A stretch of DNA of 64,000 nt. Origin: a bacterium. GTDB taxonomy: Archaea; Micrarchaeota; Micrarchaeia; Micrarchaeales; CABMGC01. Within the stretch, counting starts at the first letter, position 1. The number at the start of each line of letters is the position of its first letter. The stretch covers positions 1,700 through 65,699 of the forward strand of contig JAKBPE010000005.1 in the NCBI GenBank assembly GCA_021829835.1. Direction: 5' to 3'. Below the pieces are notes generated by a model that worked only from the letters and a program-made list of their open reading frames with translations, was not told the DNA's origin and did not search any database. Made by a program: the position numbers and the translations under genes. Shown here piece after piece: positions 20,108 through 29,557 of this stretch.

Positions 20108-20994
20108 TGTTTACTATGAGGGTGGGTTCAAATCTTACACTGAAGCCAGTAGGTCCATTTGATTTACGGTTATCATTGAGAGTTATGGTTAATTTCTCGC
20201 CAGAACCAGCAATCGAAACAGATGTGTTACGGGAAGCTGTGCACATAGATGGTAAACCGTGCATCCTAGAAGCTAGGCAAATAAAGAAGACACCAGCCAC
20301 AATAGAGGTATCAAGTAGCGCAGGTAACACTACTAAAATTAGAGAACTAGCCGAATGGATGCTTTTTACCGATTTGAATTTACTGCCATTCTACCGTATT
20401 GCTAAAAGCCACAAGATACTAGGTCCTATAGCTAAGGAGTTATACGGTGTAAAGGCCTTGCGAACTGCTTCATTATTTGAGATGATGGTCATAGCAGTAA
20501 CAGAGCAGCAGATATCCCTAACCGCTGCGTACAGAATAAGAGACAGGGTGGTTCAGCGTTTCGGTGAAAAGATTGGCAGGCTATTTGTTTTCCCTACCGC
20601 AGAGTCCCTGTCAAAAGCATCAGAAAGGGAACTTAGATCTTGCGGCTTGTCCAAACGGAAAGCAGAATACATTATGGGCATAGCACAGCAGGTGTCAGAC
20701 GGATCGCTTGATGTTGATAAGCTTACAACGCTTTCGGATGATGATTTCAGGGAAACACTGACTAAGATTCGGGGCTTCGGACAATGGTCTGCAAATTACA
20801 TACTCGTAAGGGGGCTGGGACGTGTAGACTGCGTACCGGCGGATGACCTTGCGGTGCGCAGCATTGTTGGCAAGTATCTTGGCGATGGTAAGAGGATGTC
20901 GGAAGCACAGGTTTTAAATGACATAGAGCCATTTGCGCCATTCCGTGGGCTTGCCGTCTTCTACCTCTTGGCACATGACAGGCTATCAAGGTGA
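20107..20994 (+). CDS. alkA: DNA-3-methyladenine glycosylase II (AlkA, HhH-GPD family)
   Basis: FEMMVIAVTEQQIS, FPTAESL, GLSKRKAEYI, HhH LTKIRGFGQWSA, PADDLAVR. Confidence 0.9.
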   Translation: MFTMRVGSNLTLKPVGPFDLRLSLRVMVNFSPEPAIETDVLREAVHIDGKPCILEARQIKKTPATIEVSSSAGNTTKIRELAEWMLFTDLNLLPFYRIAKSHKILGPIAKELYGVKALRTASLFEMMVIAVTEQQISLTAAYRIRDRVVQRFGEKIGRLFVFPTAESLSKASERELRSCGLSKRKAEYIMGIAQQVSDGSLDVDKLTTLSDDDFRETLTKIRGFGQWSANYILVRGLGRVDCVPADDLAVRSIVGKYLGDGKRMSEAQVLNDIEPFAPFRGLAVFYLLAHDRLSR

Positions 20995-21027
20995 CTGGAT
21001 TGTTATTTCCCGATGGAAGCATTTCGG
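20992..21027. repeat. Imperfect direct repeat with TTCCCGATGG core, downstream copy starting at the alkA stop codon
   Basis: See 20073-20107. Confidence 0.6.
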
Positions 21028-21125
21028 CTAATTACCTTTTATAAACCTTTATTATGATAGTTACATTAAGAATTTATGGAAATCGGACCGGAGTTGAAGA
21101 GATACCTCCTTAACCCACGCAGAAA

Positions 21126-21443
21126 GATATAGGCTAGCTAAGAAGGAAACAGATCATTATCGGAGAGATAGAACATATCGGAAAAGAGTCGAATAACCTT
21201 GAAGAGAGTGAAGTTATCGGTGTTTCAGATAACGATTACGTTATCTATGATAACAAAACAAAGCAAAAGATAACAGAAGTTATCAAGAATATGACTACAA
21301 GAGATGCTAAACGCATCGGATTATCGAAAATGCAGATGTTCAGGTTGAAAAAAAAGATAAAAGAAGGAAAGAGGATAGTGTTAAAAAGGAAAACGTTAAA
21401 GAAGTTAATGAGAATGTGGGGATATGCCAAGACCTATGCCTGA
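21126..21443 (+). pseudogene. Casposon family-B DNA polymerase C-terminal remnant
   Basis: Manual translation DIG*LRRKQIIIGEIEHIGKESNNLEESEVIGVSDNDYVIYDN...RDAKRIGLSKMQMFRLKKKIKEG; the IGKESNNLE motif and HTH tail resemble casposon PolB as recalled. Confidence 0.75.
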
Positions 21444-21630
21444 GATAAGAAAAAAGGTTCTCGATGAATTATTTGGTGATTGGGAAGATTACAAACACCA
21501 TTTCAATTCAATTGATCTTAAAGTGGCTACGTTAGAGAAACTTATCAATAGGACTATAAAAGCAACTTCAGAAAAGCTAGAAGAGGAAAAGAAGGTAATT
21601 GAAAAGAGCCTAGTTGGTAAAAATAAATGA
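21424..21630 (+). CDS. Small hypothetical coiled-coil protein
   Basis: 68-aa ORF overlapping the end of the polB remnant. Confidence 0.45.
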   Translation: MPRPMPEIRKKVLDELFGDWEDYKHHFNSIDLKVATLEKLINRTIKATSEKLEEEKKVIEKSLVGKNK

Positions 21631-21813
21631 AAGTTGGTTTTATGAGTGAACAAGATTTAACTAAATGGTGTTGATTGAACCCAACACCGTGGTTTATATG
21701 TATATTCGTTCTACTAGGCATGTTCTCGTGTCTCCGGCAGAATTACTGGCGCGAAATTTTTGCGCTGGAGCTGCCGTTGATGAAATAACGATAAGAAAAC
21801 GTTTATTTCTGCG

Positions 21814-21871
21814 TTGGAGGGTTCAATTCATCTCCGTCCTAAAGGGCGGTCAGGTTTCTTGACCCCTCCAA
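21814..21871. repeat. Hairpin resembling an IS200/IS605 end or MITE
   Basis: Outer stem TTGGAGGGTTCAA / TTGACCCCTCCAA encloses CAATTCATCTCCGTCCTAAAGGGCGG. Confidence 0.45.
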
Positions 21872-21973
21872 ACCACCCACTACGCTAAAATTATGTTAGA
21901 ATCCTACCTCTAAGAAACACGGAATTTTACGACGACAAAATTTTACTTCGACGACAGAAATAGGGTAACATTT

Positions 21974-21995
21974 GGGGCTTCTATATATAACCCCC
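21974..21995 (-). repeat. Candidate casposon terminal inverted repeat
   Basis: Minus strand GGGGGTTATATATAGAAGCCCC (G-run, AT tract, C-run) begins 10 nt after the tRNA discriminator base. Confidence 0.5.
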
Positions 21996-22005
21996 GAATT
22001 TAAAA

Positions 22006-22080
22006 TGCTCCGATCGGGATTTGAACCCGAGTTTGAGCCGTGAGAGGGCTCCGTCCTTGACCGAGCTAGACGATCGGAGC
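22006..22080 (-). tRNA. tRNA-Glu(CTC)
   Basis: GCTCCGATCGTCTAGCTCGGTCAAGGACGGAGCCCTCTCACGGCTCAAACTCGGGTTCAAATCCCGATCGGAGCA folds as a cloverleaf; no encoded CCA. Confidence 0.96.
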
Positions 22081-22110
22081 AGTAGTAACCAATTTATTGA
22101 TTGCTTCCAT

Positions 22111-22118
22111 ATTTATAT
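22111..22118. promoter_or_regulatory. Possible shared bidirectional TATA box for tRNA-Glu and rfcL
   Basis: ATTTATAT lies ~31-38 nt upstream of the tRNA 5' end and ~20 nt upstream of the rfcL ATG. Confidence 0.35.
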
Positions 22119-22133
22119 GTTATTGTGGTTTTG

Positions 22134-23348
22134 ATGTTCTCGGAGAAATATGCGCCTGTAATGCTCAGCCAGATAATAGGCAATGATAGCGCTGTTTCTA
22201 TGCTTATGAACTTTGCGGAGAAGATCCATAAGGGAGAGAAAACAAAACCCATAATATTGGTAGGGCCTTCTGGCACAGGAAAGACATCTGCTGCAAGGGC
22301 TCTTGCTTATGGAAACAGCTTTGAGTTTCTTGAAACGACTGCAAGCGACTATCGCGATGCGGAAACGCTGAACAGAACCATAATACCCGCAGGGAGCAGC
22401 AGGGGATTGTTTGGCAAAACTACCGTAATACTTATGGATGAGATAGATGAGCTTTCCAAGAAGTACGATACGGGAGTTGAAAGAGCGGTAGACAAGTTTC
22501 TGAAGAGCACAAAACAGCCCGTTATATTCACAGCGGAGGATTACTGGGATCCTAGCATAAGATTTCTCAGGGGAGCTGTTGAAAAGATTGAATTCAAAAA
22601 AGTAAGCCAGGATGTGATTTTTGCTTTCCTGAAAAAGATAGCAGACAGAGAAGGAATCGGAATAGAAAAAGAGCTTCTGGAGATGCTTGCCAAAAGATCC
22701 AATGGCGATGTAAGAGGCGCCCTTAACGACCTTGAGGCACTTCTAGGCGCCAGCAGAGAGCTTATAGAGAACATAGGCATACGCGACACTAAGATGGAGA
22801 TTTTTGGAGTTCTTGACAAGATATTCACTTCTGCGAACTTCGATATATCGAGAAACGCAGTCATGAAGAGCTCTGTAGACACAGATATGCTCCTGAACTG
22901 GGTTGATGAGAATATACCAGTAAGGTACTCCTCAAAGGCGAGCAGGCGCGACGCTTACTATAATCTCGCCAGGGCAAGCAAGTTCTCCTCGAAGGCGAGC
23001 AGGACCAACTACTGGGGTTACCTCAGGTATTCGAGCGTATTAATGTCTTCAGGAGTTGCCGTCTCCAATGACGGCTATGTTAAATTGCTTAGGCAGTACA
23101 GCTTCCCTTCAAAAATAAGGCATATGAGCAGTACCAAGGAGGAGAGATATGCCATGAATGAAATAGCAGATAAGCTTGGCGAAAAACTGCATACCAATAA
23201 AAAGAAGATAATCAAGGATTATCTGCCGCTTATGAAGCGTATTTTCGAATCTGAAATCGATAAATTAGGTGAGGAAGAAGCACTCGAAAAGATAAAAACC
23301 AGTTATGGGCTTGAGACTGAAGATATTGAATTTATACGCTCTTCCTGA
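22134..23348 (+). CDS. rfcL: Replication factor C large subunit
   Basis: SEKYAP, GPSGTGKT, MDEIDE, GDVRGALNDLE, WVDENIP; start reassigned to 22134. Confidence 0.93.
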   Translation: MFSEKYAPVMLSQIIGNDSAVSMLMNFAEKIHKGEKTKPIILVGPSGTGKTSAARALAYGNSFEFLETTASDYRDAETLNRTIIPAGSSRGLFGKTTVILMDEIDELSKKYDTGVERAVDKFLKSTKQPVIFTAEDYWDPSIRFLRGAVEKIEFKKVSQDVIFAFLKKIADREGIGIEKELLEMLAKRSNGDVRGALNDLEALLGASRELIENIGIRDTKMEIFGVLDKIFTSANFDISRNAVMKSSVDTDMLLNWVDENIPVRYSSKASRRDAYYNLARASKFSSKASRTNYWGYLRYSSVLMSSGVAVSNDGYVKLLRQYSFPSKIRHMSSTKEERYAMNEIADKLGEKLHTNKKKIIKDYLPLMKRIFESEIDKLGEEEALEKIKTSYGLETEDIEFIRSS

Positions 23349-23356
23349 TTTTTGTT

Positions 23357-24121
23357 TTATTTCCTATTTCTGGCATCTTGGTCTTTGTCCAACGTATCTA
23401 CCATCATCTCTGCGGCTATAGTAACTGGATTTATTACATGTGCGACTTCGAGATCAGTGAAATGCGATGCTGCATCCTGGCTATATGCTATTACAGAGAT
23501 ATTGGCATTCTGTGCCAGCTTCTTTATCACTAAGACGACATATACTGCTTTGGTGCTCTCGTTTATATCCAGGATTATATCGCTTGCGAGATTAAATCTG
23601 AACTTTTCCATGTCGATTTTCTGAGTATAGTCTGCAAGATATGAAACATAACCCTTATCGCGAAGCGTGTCCGCATTGGTCTTGTCGGAAGTTATGATTA
23701 TAAAGTTCCTTCTCTGCGATTTCAGCTTTTCTGCTATGAGAGTATTTGTAGGACCGTAACCCACAAGTATTATGTGGTTTTTAAGATGCCTTTTTTCTAC
23801 CCTTGACAACCCTGAATAAAGTTTTTCGACTCGTTCGCTCAAAAAATCACTTGAAAGTACGGTAACTGCACTAAGAAATATGGTCAGCCCCGAAATTATC
23901 AGTATTATAGTAAAGACCCTGCCTATATTAGTAACAGGCACTATGTCCCCATAGCCCACTGTGGATATGGTTGTTATTGTGAAGTATAGTGCTTCTATTG
24001 AATTGGTTATAGGCACGTTGAAGTTGCCATACTGCCCTAATATGTAAGAGCCGGCTGTGCCGTATATTAAGACCGCTGCGATTGCGGAAGTATAAAGCAG
24101 AAGCTTCTGGTTTATATGCAT
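23357..24121 (-). CDS. Potassium channel with RCK domain (MthK-like)
   Basis: TISTVGYGD selectivity filter, two TM, NHIILVGYG RCK domain. Confidence 0.93.
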   Translation of the reverse strand: MHINQKLLLYTSAIAAVLIYGTAGSYILGQYGNFNVPITNSIEALYFTITTISTVGYGDIVPVTNIGRVFTIILIISGLTIFLSAVTVLSSDFLSERVEKLYSGLSRVEKRHLKNHIILVGYGPTNTLIAEKLKSQRRNFIIITSDKTNADTLRDKGYVSYLADYTQKIDMEKFRFNLASDIILDINESTKAVYVVLVIKKLAQNANISVIAYSQDAASHFTDLEVAHVINPVTIAAEMMVDTLDKDQDARNRK

Positions 24122-24206
24122 AGCTATCTATTTGACAACTCAATTTAAGAATTTATCTTTTTCCGATTGAGGATAAGGCATTGACAGGTTTTCCCATTAT
24201 CTGGAT

Positions 24207-25598
24207 TCATAAGGCAGCCAGACGTCCTCTCGCATCTTCTATTATGGATCTGAGTATCTCTTTTTTGTCCCCGTATATGCTTACTTTTATACTTGCAGCG
24301 TTCTTGTGCCCTCCGCCTGAATCTATTCCTGAAGAATAGATTTCTTTCATCTTCTTTATTATTTCAGGTATGTTGACAATTTCACTTACATTTCCAGCAG
24401 CTCGCATTGATATGAATTGGTTATAATGCACTATTGCCATGTAATGCTTTCCACCTCTTGCATCTGCTTCAGTAAGGAGTTTTGAGGCGAACCTTCCAGG
24501 CAGAGGATATTTGGTGTCTTCAGATCGTATCTCAGAATAATCTAGGACAAGAATCTCATGGCTTCCTGCTTTCAGATGTTTCATCTGCAGAAATGCCCTG
24601 TCTAGAACCTCATCAAGCTTTACCTTGGCGTAATTGAAGAATTCGGACTTTTTCTTTTTATCAGAAAGTATGCTTTCTATTTCAGAAGGCACAATATTTC
24701 CGTCTGCTTTTGAGATTATGATGGGATCGCTAGTCAGAAGGTCGAGAATTGCTGCTTCTTCCCTGCCTGTAGAAAGGTCAGATCCGTGAATGCTGCTGTC
24801 GCCTATAAGTGAAGCGCCTTCCATGTCTTTTGTATCCGAATCGTGGAAAGCATGGGCGAATGCACAGGTCAGGTATCCTGCAGTATAATCTGAGCCGCTT
24901 CCAAATTCCCATGGATTTATATAATTTTCAAGAGTTATGCCGCTGAAGTTTTCCTCGATTGGATGGTGATCCAGCCATATTATATCAAAATTATTACGCA
25001 AAGCTTCGATTCCCCTGTTGCTGTTTTCTGAAGTGCCGAAATCGGTAATAAGAAGAAGCGGTTTTTCTATTGTGCTGAAGTTGTTCGCGACTAAGGTATC
25101 CCATTCCGCGTCTGTTGCTGTATACATTACACTTCTATGCATTATCCAGATTATATTTGGTTTTAAACCCATTTTTTCTGATATGCCCTGTATTGACCTA
25201 TTAAGCGCCACTGCGCCGCTTGAGCCATCTGCGTCATTATGAAAGCGTATTATGACAGGAGCTCCCAGGATTAGCTTTCTTAAAAGAAGTTCTACAGGTT
25301 TCCTGAAGTGCTCCCAGAGCTTTGAAGTCGTAGTGTCTAATTCTTTTATGCCTGTAAGATAAGGAGTTTTTTTGAATATTTCTTTTGTGTTTGAGTCCAA
25401 TTCCGAGAGTATTGCGTTTGCTGCGAGTTTAGCAGCTTTGTCTTCGGAGGGCAGAGGCATGCCTTCTTCAATGACCATTCCTGCCTTTAGCAGTAATGCT
25501 TCCCTTGCCTCCCTGACTCTTATTTTCTTTTCGTATAAGGAGATGAGAATGGCCGGATTCCCTGAGCCGTGTTTTACTGATGTGACTAGCTCTTCCAT
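24207..25598 (-). CDS. RecJ-like DHH/DHHA1 phosphoesterase
   Basis: HNDADG, TDFG, LDHH and GGGHKNAA motifs. Confidence 0.88.
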   Translation of the reverse strand: MEELVTSVKHGSGNPAILISLYEKKIRVREAREALLLKAGMVIEEGMPLPSEDKAAKLAANAILSELDSNTKEIFKKTPYLTGIKELDTTTSKLWEHFRKPVELLLRKLILGAPVIIRFHNDADGSSGAVALNRSIQGISEKMGLKPNIIWIMHRSVMYTATDAEWDTLVANNFSTIEKPLLLITDFGTSENSNRGIEALRNNFDIIWLDHHPIEENFSGITLENYINPWEFGSGSDYTAGYLTCAFAHAFHDSDTKDMEGASLIGDSSIHGSDLSTGREEAAILDLLTSDPIIISKADGNIVPSEIESILSDKKKKSEFFNYAKVKLDEVLDRAFLQMKHLKAGSHEILVLDYSEIRSEDTKYPLPGRFASKLLTEADARGGKHYMAIVHYNQFISMRAAGNVSEIVNIPEIIKKMKEIYSSGIDSGGGHKNAASIKVSIYGDKKEILRSIIEDARGRLAAL

Positions 25599-25609
25599 GT
25601 ATAATGATC

Positions 25610-26749
25610 TTAATTGGTGCCGTTATAATATATATTGTCTACGCATGCCTGGTTTAGGGTAGAGTTGGTTATGTAGCCGCAGTACTGTGAGTCATTGTAT
25701 TCTTGAGCCAATGAGGCATAACATTGGTAGGATGCCAGAGTTGAATTTATAGCTCCGCATATGCTTGCGTTTCTTTCCACAACTGCGCTGCTTACCTTAA
25801 CTAAATCGTTACATGACTGGGAGTTTGTGGCATTGTATTTGCTGCATAACTGGTCCAATAGCTTTGAGATTGTCATATTGGAAGAATAGTTTTTTGACAT
25901 GTTTGAATAATATGAACCAGGAATGGATGAGTTGTAGCTGTATGTAACGCATAAGTTATACAGCGAAGGCACGTTTATTGAACTGCAGCTTGACTGGTTG
26001 CCTGTTATTTCAGATACAGAGAAGTAGCAGAGGTCCCTTGCCGAATATTGCTGCCCTGAGCTGGATTCTATATAGGATATAGGAGTTAGGCTGGAGGAGA
26101 ATACTGATAGATTCGAATATTTGGGTATCTCTTCCGATAGGGATATTATGTTTAAGACCTCACTCTGGTTTGTAGTATTTGGTATGTTAGAGCAGTAATT
26201 TGCATCCTTGCTGAATGCTGCCATACCCAGATATATTGCTGAAGCACATTCATCCGCATGTGTGCCATTGCCCATTTTTGAACATAGGGATAAGTTATCC
26301 CGGCTTATTGCGACTGATGCCATGCATGAGGATCTCTCAGATCCGTTTAGTATCATGCATGATTTTGAGGATAAGCCTAAGCTTGAGCTCTCGGTTATGC
26401 ATTGGTACCTTAATGTCTGGTTATCTATTCCACCGCATGCGAGTGTATTTGAAGTGAGGGAGGCTATTCCTGCGTAACATGAGGCTGAGGTCTGGCCCTG
26501 CATAAGGCCACATACAGAGGCATTCTTTGTAGAATATGCAAGGCGATATAGGCAAGCATACCTGTTCTGGGATAGCACTATTGAATTGCATTCTGAAATG
26601 CCGCTTGAAGGATGTATGCTTAACAGGTATCCTAATCCAGCAAGAAGAGCAGCAAAGGCAATCACCCCCATATATACAAGAAGCTGGTCCTTTCGCTCAA
26701 GAAGATTAAAGTTGCTGATTAGCTTTTCACGCATATTGTTTTTTCCCAT
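25610..26749 (-). CDS. Membrane-anchored Cys-rich repeat surface protein
   Basis: N-terminal TM, then repeated C-x2-(I/L)-x5-8-C(Y) units and many N-x-S/T sequons. Confidence 0.75.
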   Translation of the reverse strand: MGKNNMREKLISNFNLLERKDQLLVYMGVIAFAALLAGLGYLLSIHPSSGISECNSIVLSQNRYACLYRLAYSTKNASVCGLMQGQTSASCYAGIASLTSNTLACGGIDNQTLRYQCITESSSLGLSSKSCMILNGSERSSCMASVAISRDNLSLCSKMGNGTHADECASAIYLGMAAFSKDANYCSNIPNTTNQSEVLNIISLSEEIPKYSNLSVFSSSLTPISYIESSSGQQYSARDLCYFSVSEITGNQSSCSSINVPSLYNLCVTYSYNSSIPGSYYSNMSKNYSSNMTISKLLDQLCSKYNATNSQSCNDLVKVSSAVVERNASICGAINSTLASYQCYASLAQEYNDSQYCGYITNSTLNQACVDNIYYNGTN

Positions 26750-26855
26750 TTTCAGGCAACCCGTAAGGATTCATACCTTTGCAGAATTATCTTAGTTATC
26801 CGGATAAGCTTATTATTGTTTCTTTCTTTATAATGTTTCATATCGGGCTGCGTGG

Positions 26856-27650
26856 ATGAACAAGAAATTTGTTTCTTTGGGAGTGATCCTACTGATTGCT
26901 GGATTACTGGTAGCTTTCTCTTATTCTTCGCAGAGTGGAAAGCAGGCCGGTACACTGTCAAGGCAGAACATTATAATTGCGCCAAACAGTCTTGTCTACT
27001 CGCCTATAGTCCTCAATAAGACAGATGTGGTGTACGTTGTCTACACATCAGATAATGTGCCAATTAATTTTTATCTTGTAAACAGCTATGCATTTTCAGG
27101 AATAAGGCAGAATATCACCAAGGGATACCTTCCCGGAAATTTTATATCCGATTACTCAGGAAGGGGATTATACATTGCAATTAAAAACAGTTCCCATGGG
27201 ATCTTCCCGTATACGAGCAATTTTTCAAGTGATGGGTTTTCAGTGCCTACATATTACAATGGAACTGAGATCCTCGGCGTTGGAACTTATTATATGATAT
27301 ATGCAAACTCAGGCAATGTGCCTTCAAATATAACTTTCGGATATGTTCTGCCGAACACGGCTATAATCAATGAGACGCAGAACTTTGTCTCTTCAGGCAT
27401 GGGTGTTTATGGAAGTGTTTCTGCGCTCTTATTCATGGGAGGCATTATACTTATAGTGTGGGGAGTCATAGCAGAAGGAAAAGAGAAGGATGAATCTAAA
27501 TATAAAGAAGAAGAGATACAGAAGATGTATAAGCAGATAGAAGGAAGGCATACCTCAGAACAGGACAATTCCGGCACTAGAATAAAGACTAGAAATAAGA
27601 AAGCAAGAAGGAAAAACGGAAGAAGGACAAGCCGTAAAGATTTGGAATGA
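26856..27650 (+). CDS. Hypothetical membrane protein (two TM, extracellular domain, basic tail)
   Basis: Hydrophobic segments at both ends; Lys/Arg-rich C-terminus. Confidence 0.7.
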   Translation: MNKKFVSLGVILLIAGLLVAFSYSSQSGKQAGTLSRQNIIIAPNSLVYSPIVLNKTDVVYVVYTSDNVPINFYLVNSYAFSGIRQNITKGYLPGNFISDYSGRGLYIAIKNSSHGIFPYTSNFSSDGFSVPTYYNGTEILGVGTYYMIYANSGNVPSNITFGYVLPNTAIINETQNFVSSGMGVYGSVSALLFMGGIILIVWGVIAEGKEKDESKYKEEEIQKMYKQIEGRHTSEQDNSGTRIKTRNKKARRKNGRRTSRKDLE

Positions 27651-27723
27651 AGGCAAGCTTATTTTGATTTCCATATTTTCCATTAGCTATAAAAAGATTC
27701 AACTCTTATGATTAATTGATAAG

Positions 27724-28458
27724 ATGGCAAGAAACAAGGTTATCTCTGGCATTACAGGGCTTGACAAGATGCTAAATGGAGGCATACCGAAGTCCAACCA
27801 GATAATAATAGCTGGTGGGCCTGGAACAGGAAAGACCCTTTTATGCCTTGAGTATCTTTATAGAGGAGCCCTTTCTGGAGAGACTTCAATACTTTTTTCA
27901 CTTGAAGAAGAAACAGCCTTGCTTATAGAGAATATGAAGGAAGCTTTCCCTAAGTTTACCGAAATAGACAGGCTCATTGCCGAAGGGAAGCTGATTATAA
28001 AAGGGATGGATCAGGCATCTTCGCTGATACAGAAGGACAAGAAAGGCAACATATTCACGTTTACTACCACAATAGAAGACATTGAAGAGACAATAGTAGA
28101 ATCTGGAGCCACTAAGGTAGCGATTGATTCGATATCCGTAATGAAGCTTTTTGTCAAGGATCCGTATGAATACCGAGGGGTCTCTTCAAGTCTTGTAGGC
28201 ATGCTGAGGAGGCAGGGTATAACTGCCCTTCTCACAATGGAGATAGAGACCTCTGACAAAAGCAGGCTTATGTTTGAGCCTGAATTCTTTGTTTATGATG
28301 GAATAGTCATACTTTATCTGAGCGGAGGGAACGAGGAAAACAGAGTGCCTTCCATAGAAGTCATAAAAATGAGGGGCACGCAGCACAGTTTTTCTACAGT
28401 TCCATACGAGATAACCCCAGAAGGCATAAACCTTCTTCTCATACCACATAAGGAATGA
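27724..28458 (+). CDS. KaiC/RAD55-like RecA-family ATPase
   Basis: SGITGLDKMLNGGIP, GGPGTGKT, SLEE, IDSIS, KMRGT. Confidence 0.92.
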   Translation: MARNKVISGITGLDKMLNGGIPKSNQIIIAGGPGTGKTLLCLEYLYRGALSGETSILFSLEEETALLIENMKEAFPKFTEIDRLIAEGKLIIKGMDQASSLIQKDKKGNIFTFTTTIEDIEETIVESGATKVAIDSISVMKLFVKDPYEYRGVSSSLVGMLRRQGITALLTMEIETSDKSRLMFEPEFFVYDGIVILYLSGGNEENRVPSIEVIKMRGTQHSFSTVPYEITPEGINLLLIPHKE

Positions 28459-28536
28459 CTGATACTTTCATTCGGCATTAAAAAATGCGGTCTTTTGATT
28501 TTTAGCCGGAATTTTACTTATTCCGGAATAAACATC

Positions 28537-29226
28537 TCAGATATTATTTAGCCTCATCTTCAATTCTTCTGCTGAAAGTTTTGTAGTGAGGAGAGGCATG
28601 TGCTCTATCTGGGCTATTTTTATTGCAAGCTTGTCAACCTGGTCAAGGTTCTGTATTACGACAAGTTTTGGTTTTATAGGAGCTACACGGACTACAACCA
28701 TTGGCGACCTTCCCGTGCTAACCTGGTCGAAAATGAATGCCCTTTCAGTTGTTGTGCCGAACAGTCTTGGATAGTCGGAAGGTGATATCTCCAATATTAC
28801 CCTGAGACTGTCAAGAAGAGTGTATCCGAAAAGCTTCATTGAATCTAGATAGCCGGGATTTGCAACTATTTTAGCCTCTATTATCCTGGCAAAATCAACA
28901 CCGCTTATAGGTGTTGTGAAGTCTTTTAGTGAAAAGAATGTATTGTCTTCCTTTGGCTTGTTGAATTTTTGGAGGTTCCGGGTCACTTCGCCTCCTTTTG
29001 CAGCATCAATAGCCATTAATGCGGTTATGAATCTGCGTATTATCCCTACGCCAGGGCTTGCTCTTCTGTTGCCCTCGTAATCGCTTATTGTGGATGTGGA
29101 TATCTTAAGATATTTGGCAAGCTCTACTTGAGATATGCCAAAAAGCTCCCTCCATTTCTTCATTGTACTTCCAGGAGTATCGGAGAGGGCTATCTCACCG
29201 GCTATCCACTCTTGTATTGAATCCAT
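28537..29226 (-). CDS. Archaeal XRE-type HTH transcriptional regulator (COG1709-like)
   Basis: IAGEIALSD-PG-TMKKWRELFGISQ and STGRSPMV motifs. Confidence 0.88.
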   Translation of the reverse strand: MDSIQEWIAGEIALSDTPGSTMKKWRELFGISQVELAKYLKISTSTISDYEGNRRASPGVGIIRRFITALMAIDAAKGGEVTRNLQKFNKPKEDNTFFSLKDFTTPISGVDFARIIEAKIVANPGYLDSMKLFGYTLLDSLRVILEISPSDYPRLFGTTTERAFIFDQVSTGRSPMVVVRVAPIKPKLVVIQNLDQVDKLAIKIAQIEHMPLLTTKLSAEELKMRLNNI

Positions 29227-29557
29227 TGATTCACATCTTTATTATGTTTCCATAGATTATTATAACATTGCAAAAAAACAGACGAACTGCATTTCGTCAG
29301 TTTATATCAGTATCTATATGCTTATGCTTATTTGTTTGATTTCATGATGGCCCTGGAATAGTTGCAGAGGTGTTGAAAAATTTATACCTTACATTCTTAT
29401 ATGTCAGAGAATAGATTATAATATCTTATTTATTAGAAATTAATTAGTATTTTTTCCTTTTGGGTATAAATATTAAGAACGTAATTGATTTTTTTATGTT
29501 TTAAATACTGGAAAGGAATATAGAAATCCAGAGTGTAACTCTGCATTGGCATAGATT

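Larger units (their letters stand above)
18551..22050. mobile_element. Degenerate integrated element at tRNA-Glu with casposon-derived gene remnants
   Basis: 65-bp direct repeats at 18551-18615 and 21986-22050 include the tRNA 3' half; the interior has cas1, polB and R-M fragments, IS630 and alkA. Confidence 0.8.

Noticed and set aside
20069-21027. Integron attC sites around alkA
   Set aside because: ACTTAAC fits R'' in the first copy only; no matching GTTRRRY box and no intI gene
21665-21862. 65-aa ORF inside the island
   Set aside because: Runs through the hairpin, has no motif, likely spurious
21929-21940. ACGACGACAAAA shared with the intN region (minus strand, ~32494-32505)
   Set aside because: An isolated 12-bp match with no flanking similarity; could be chance
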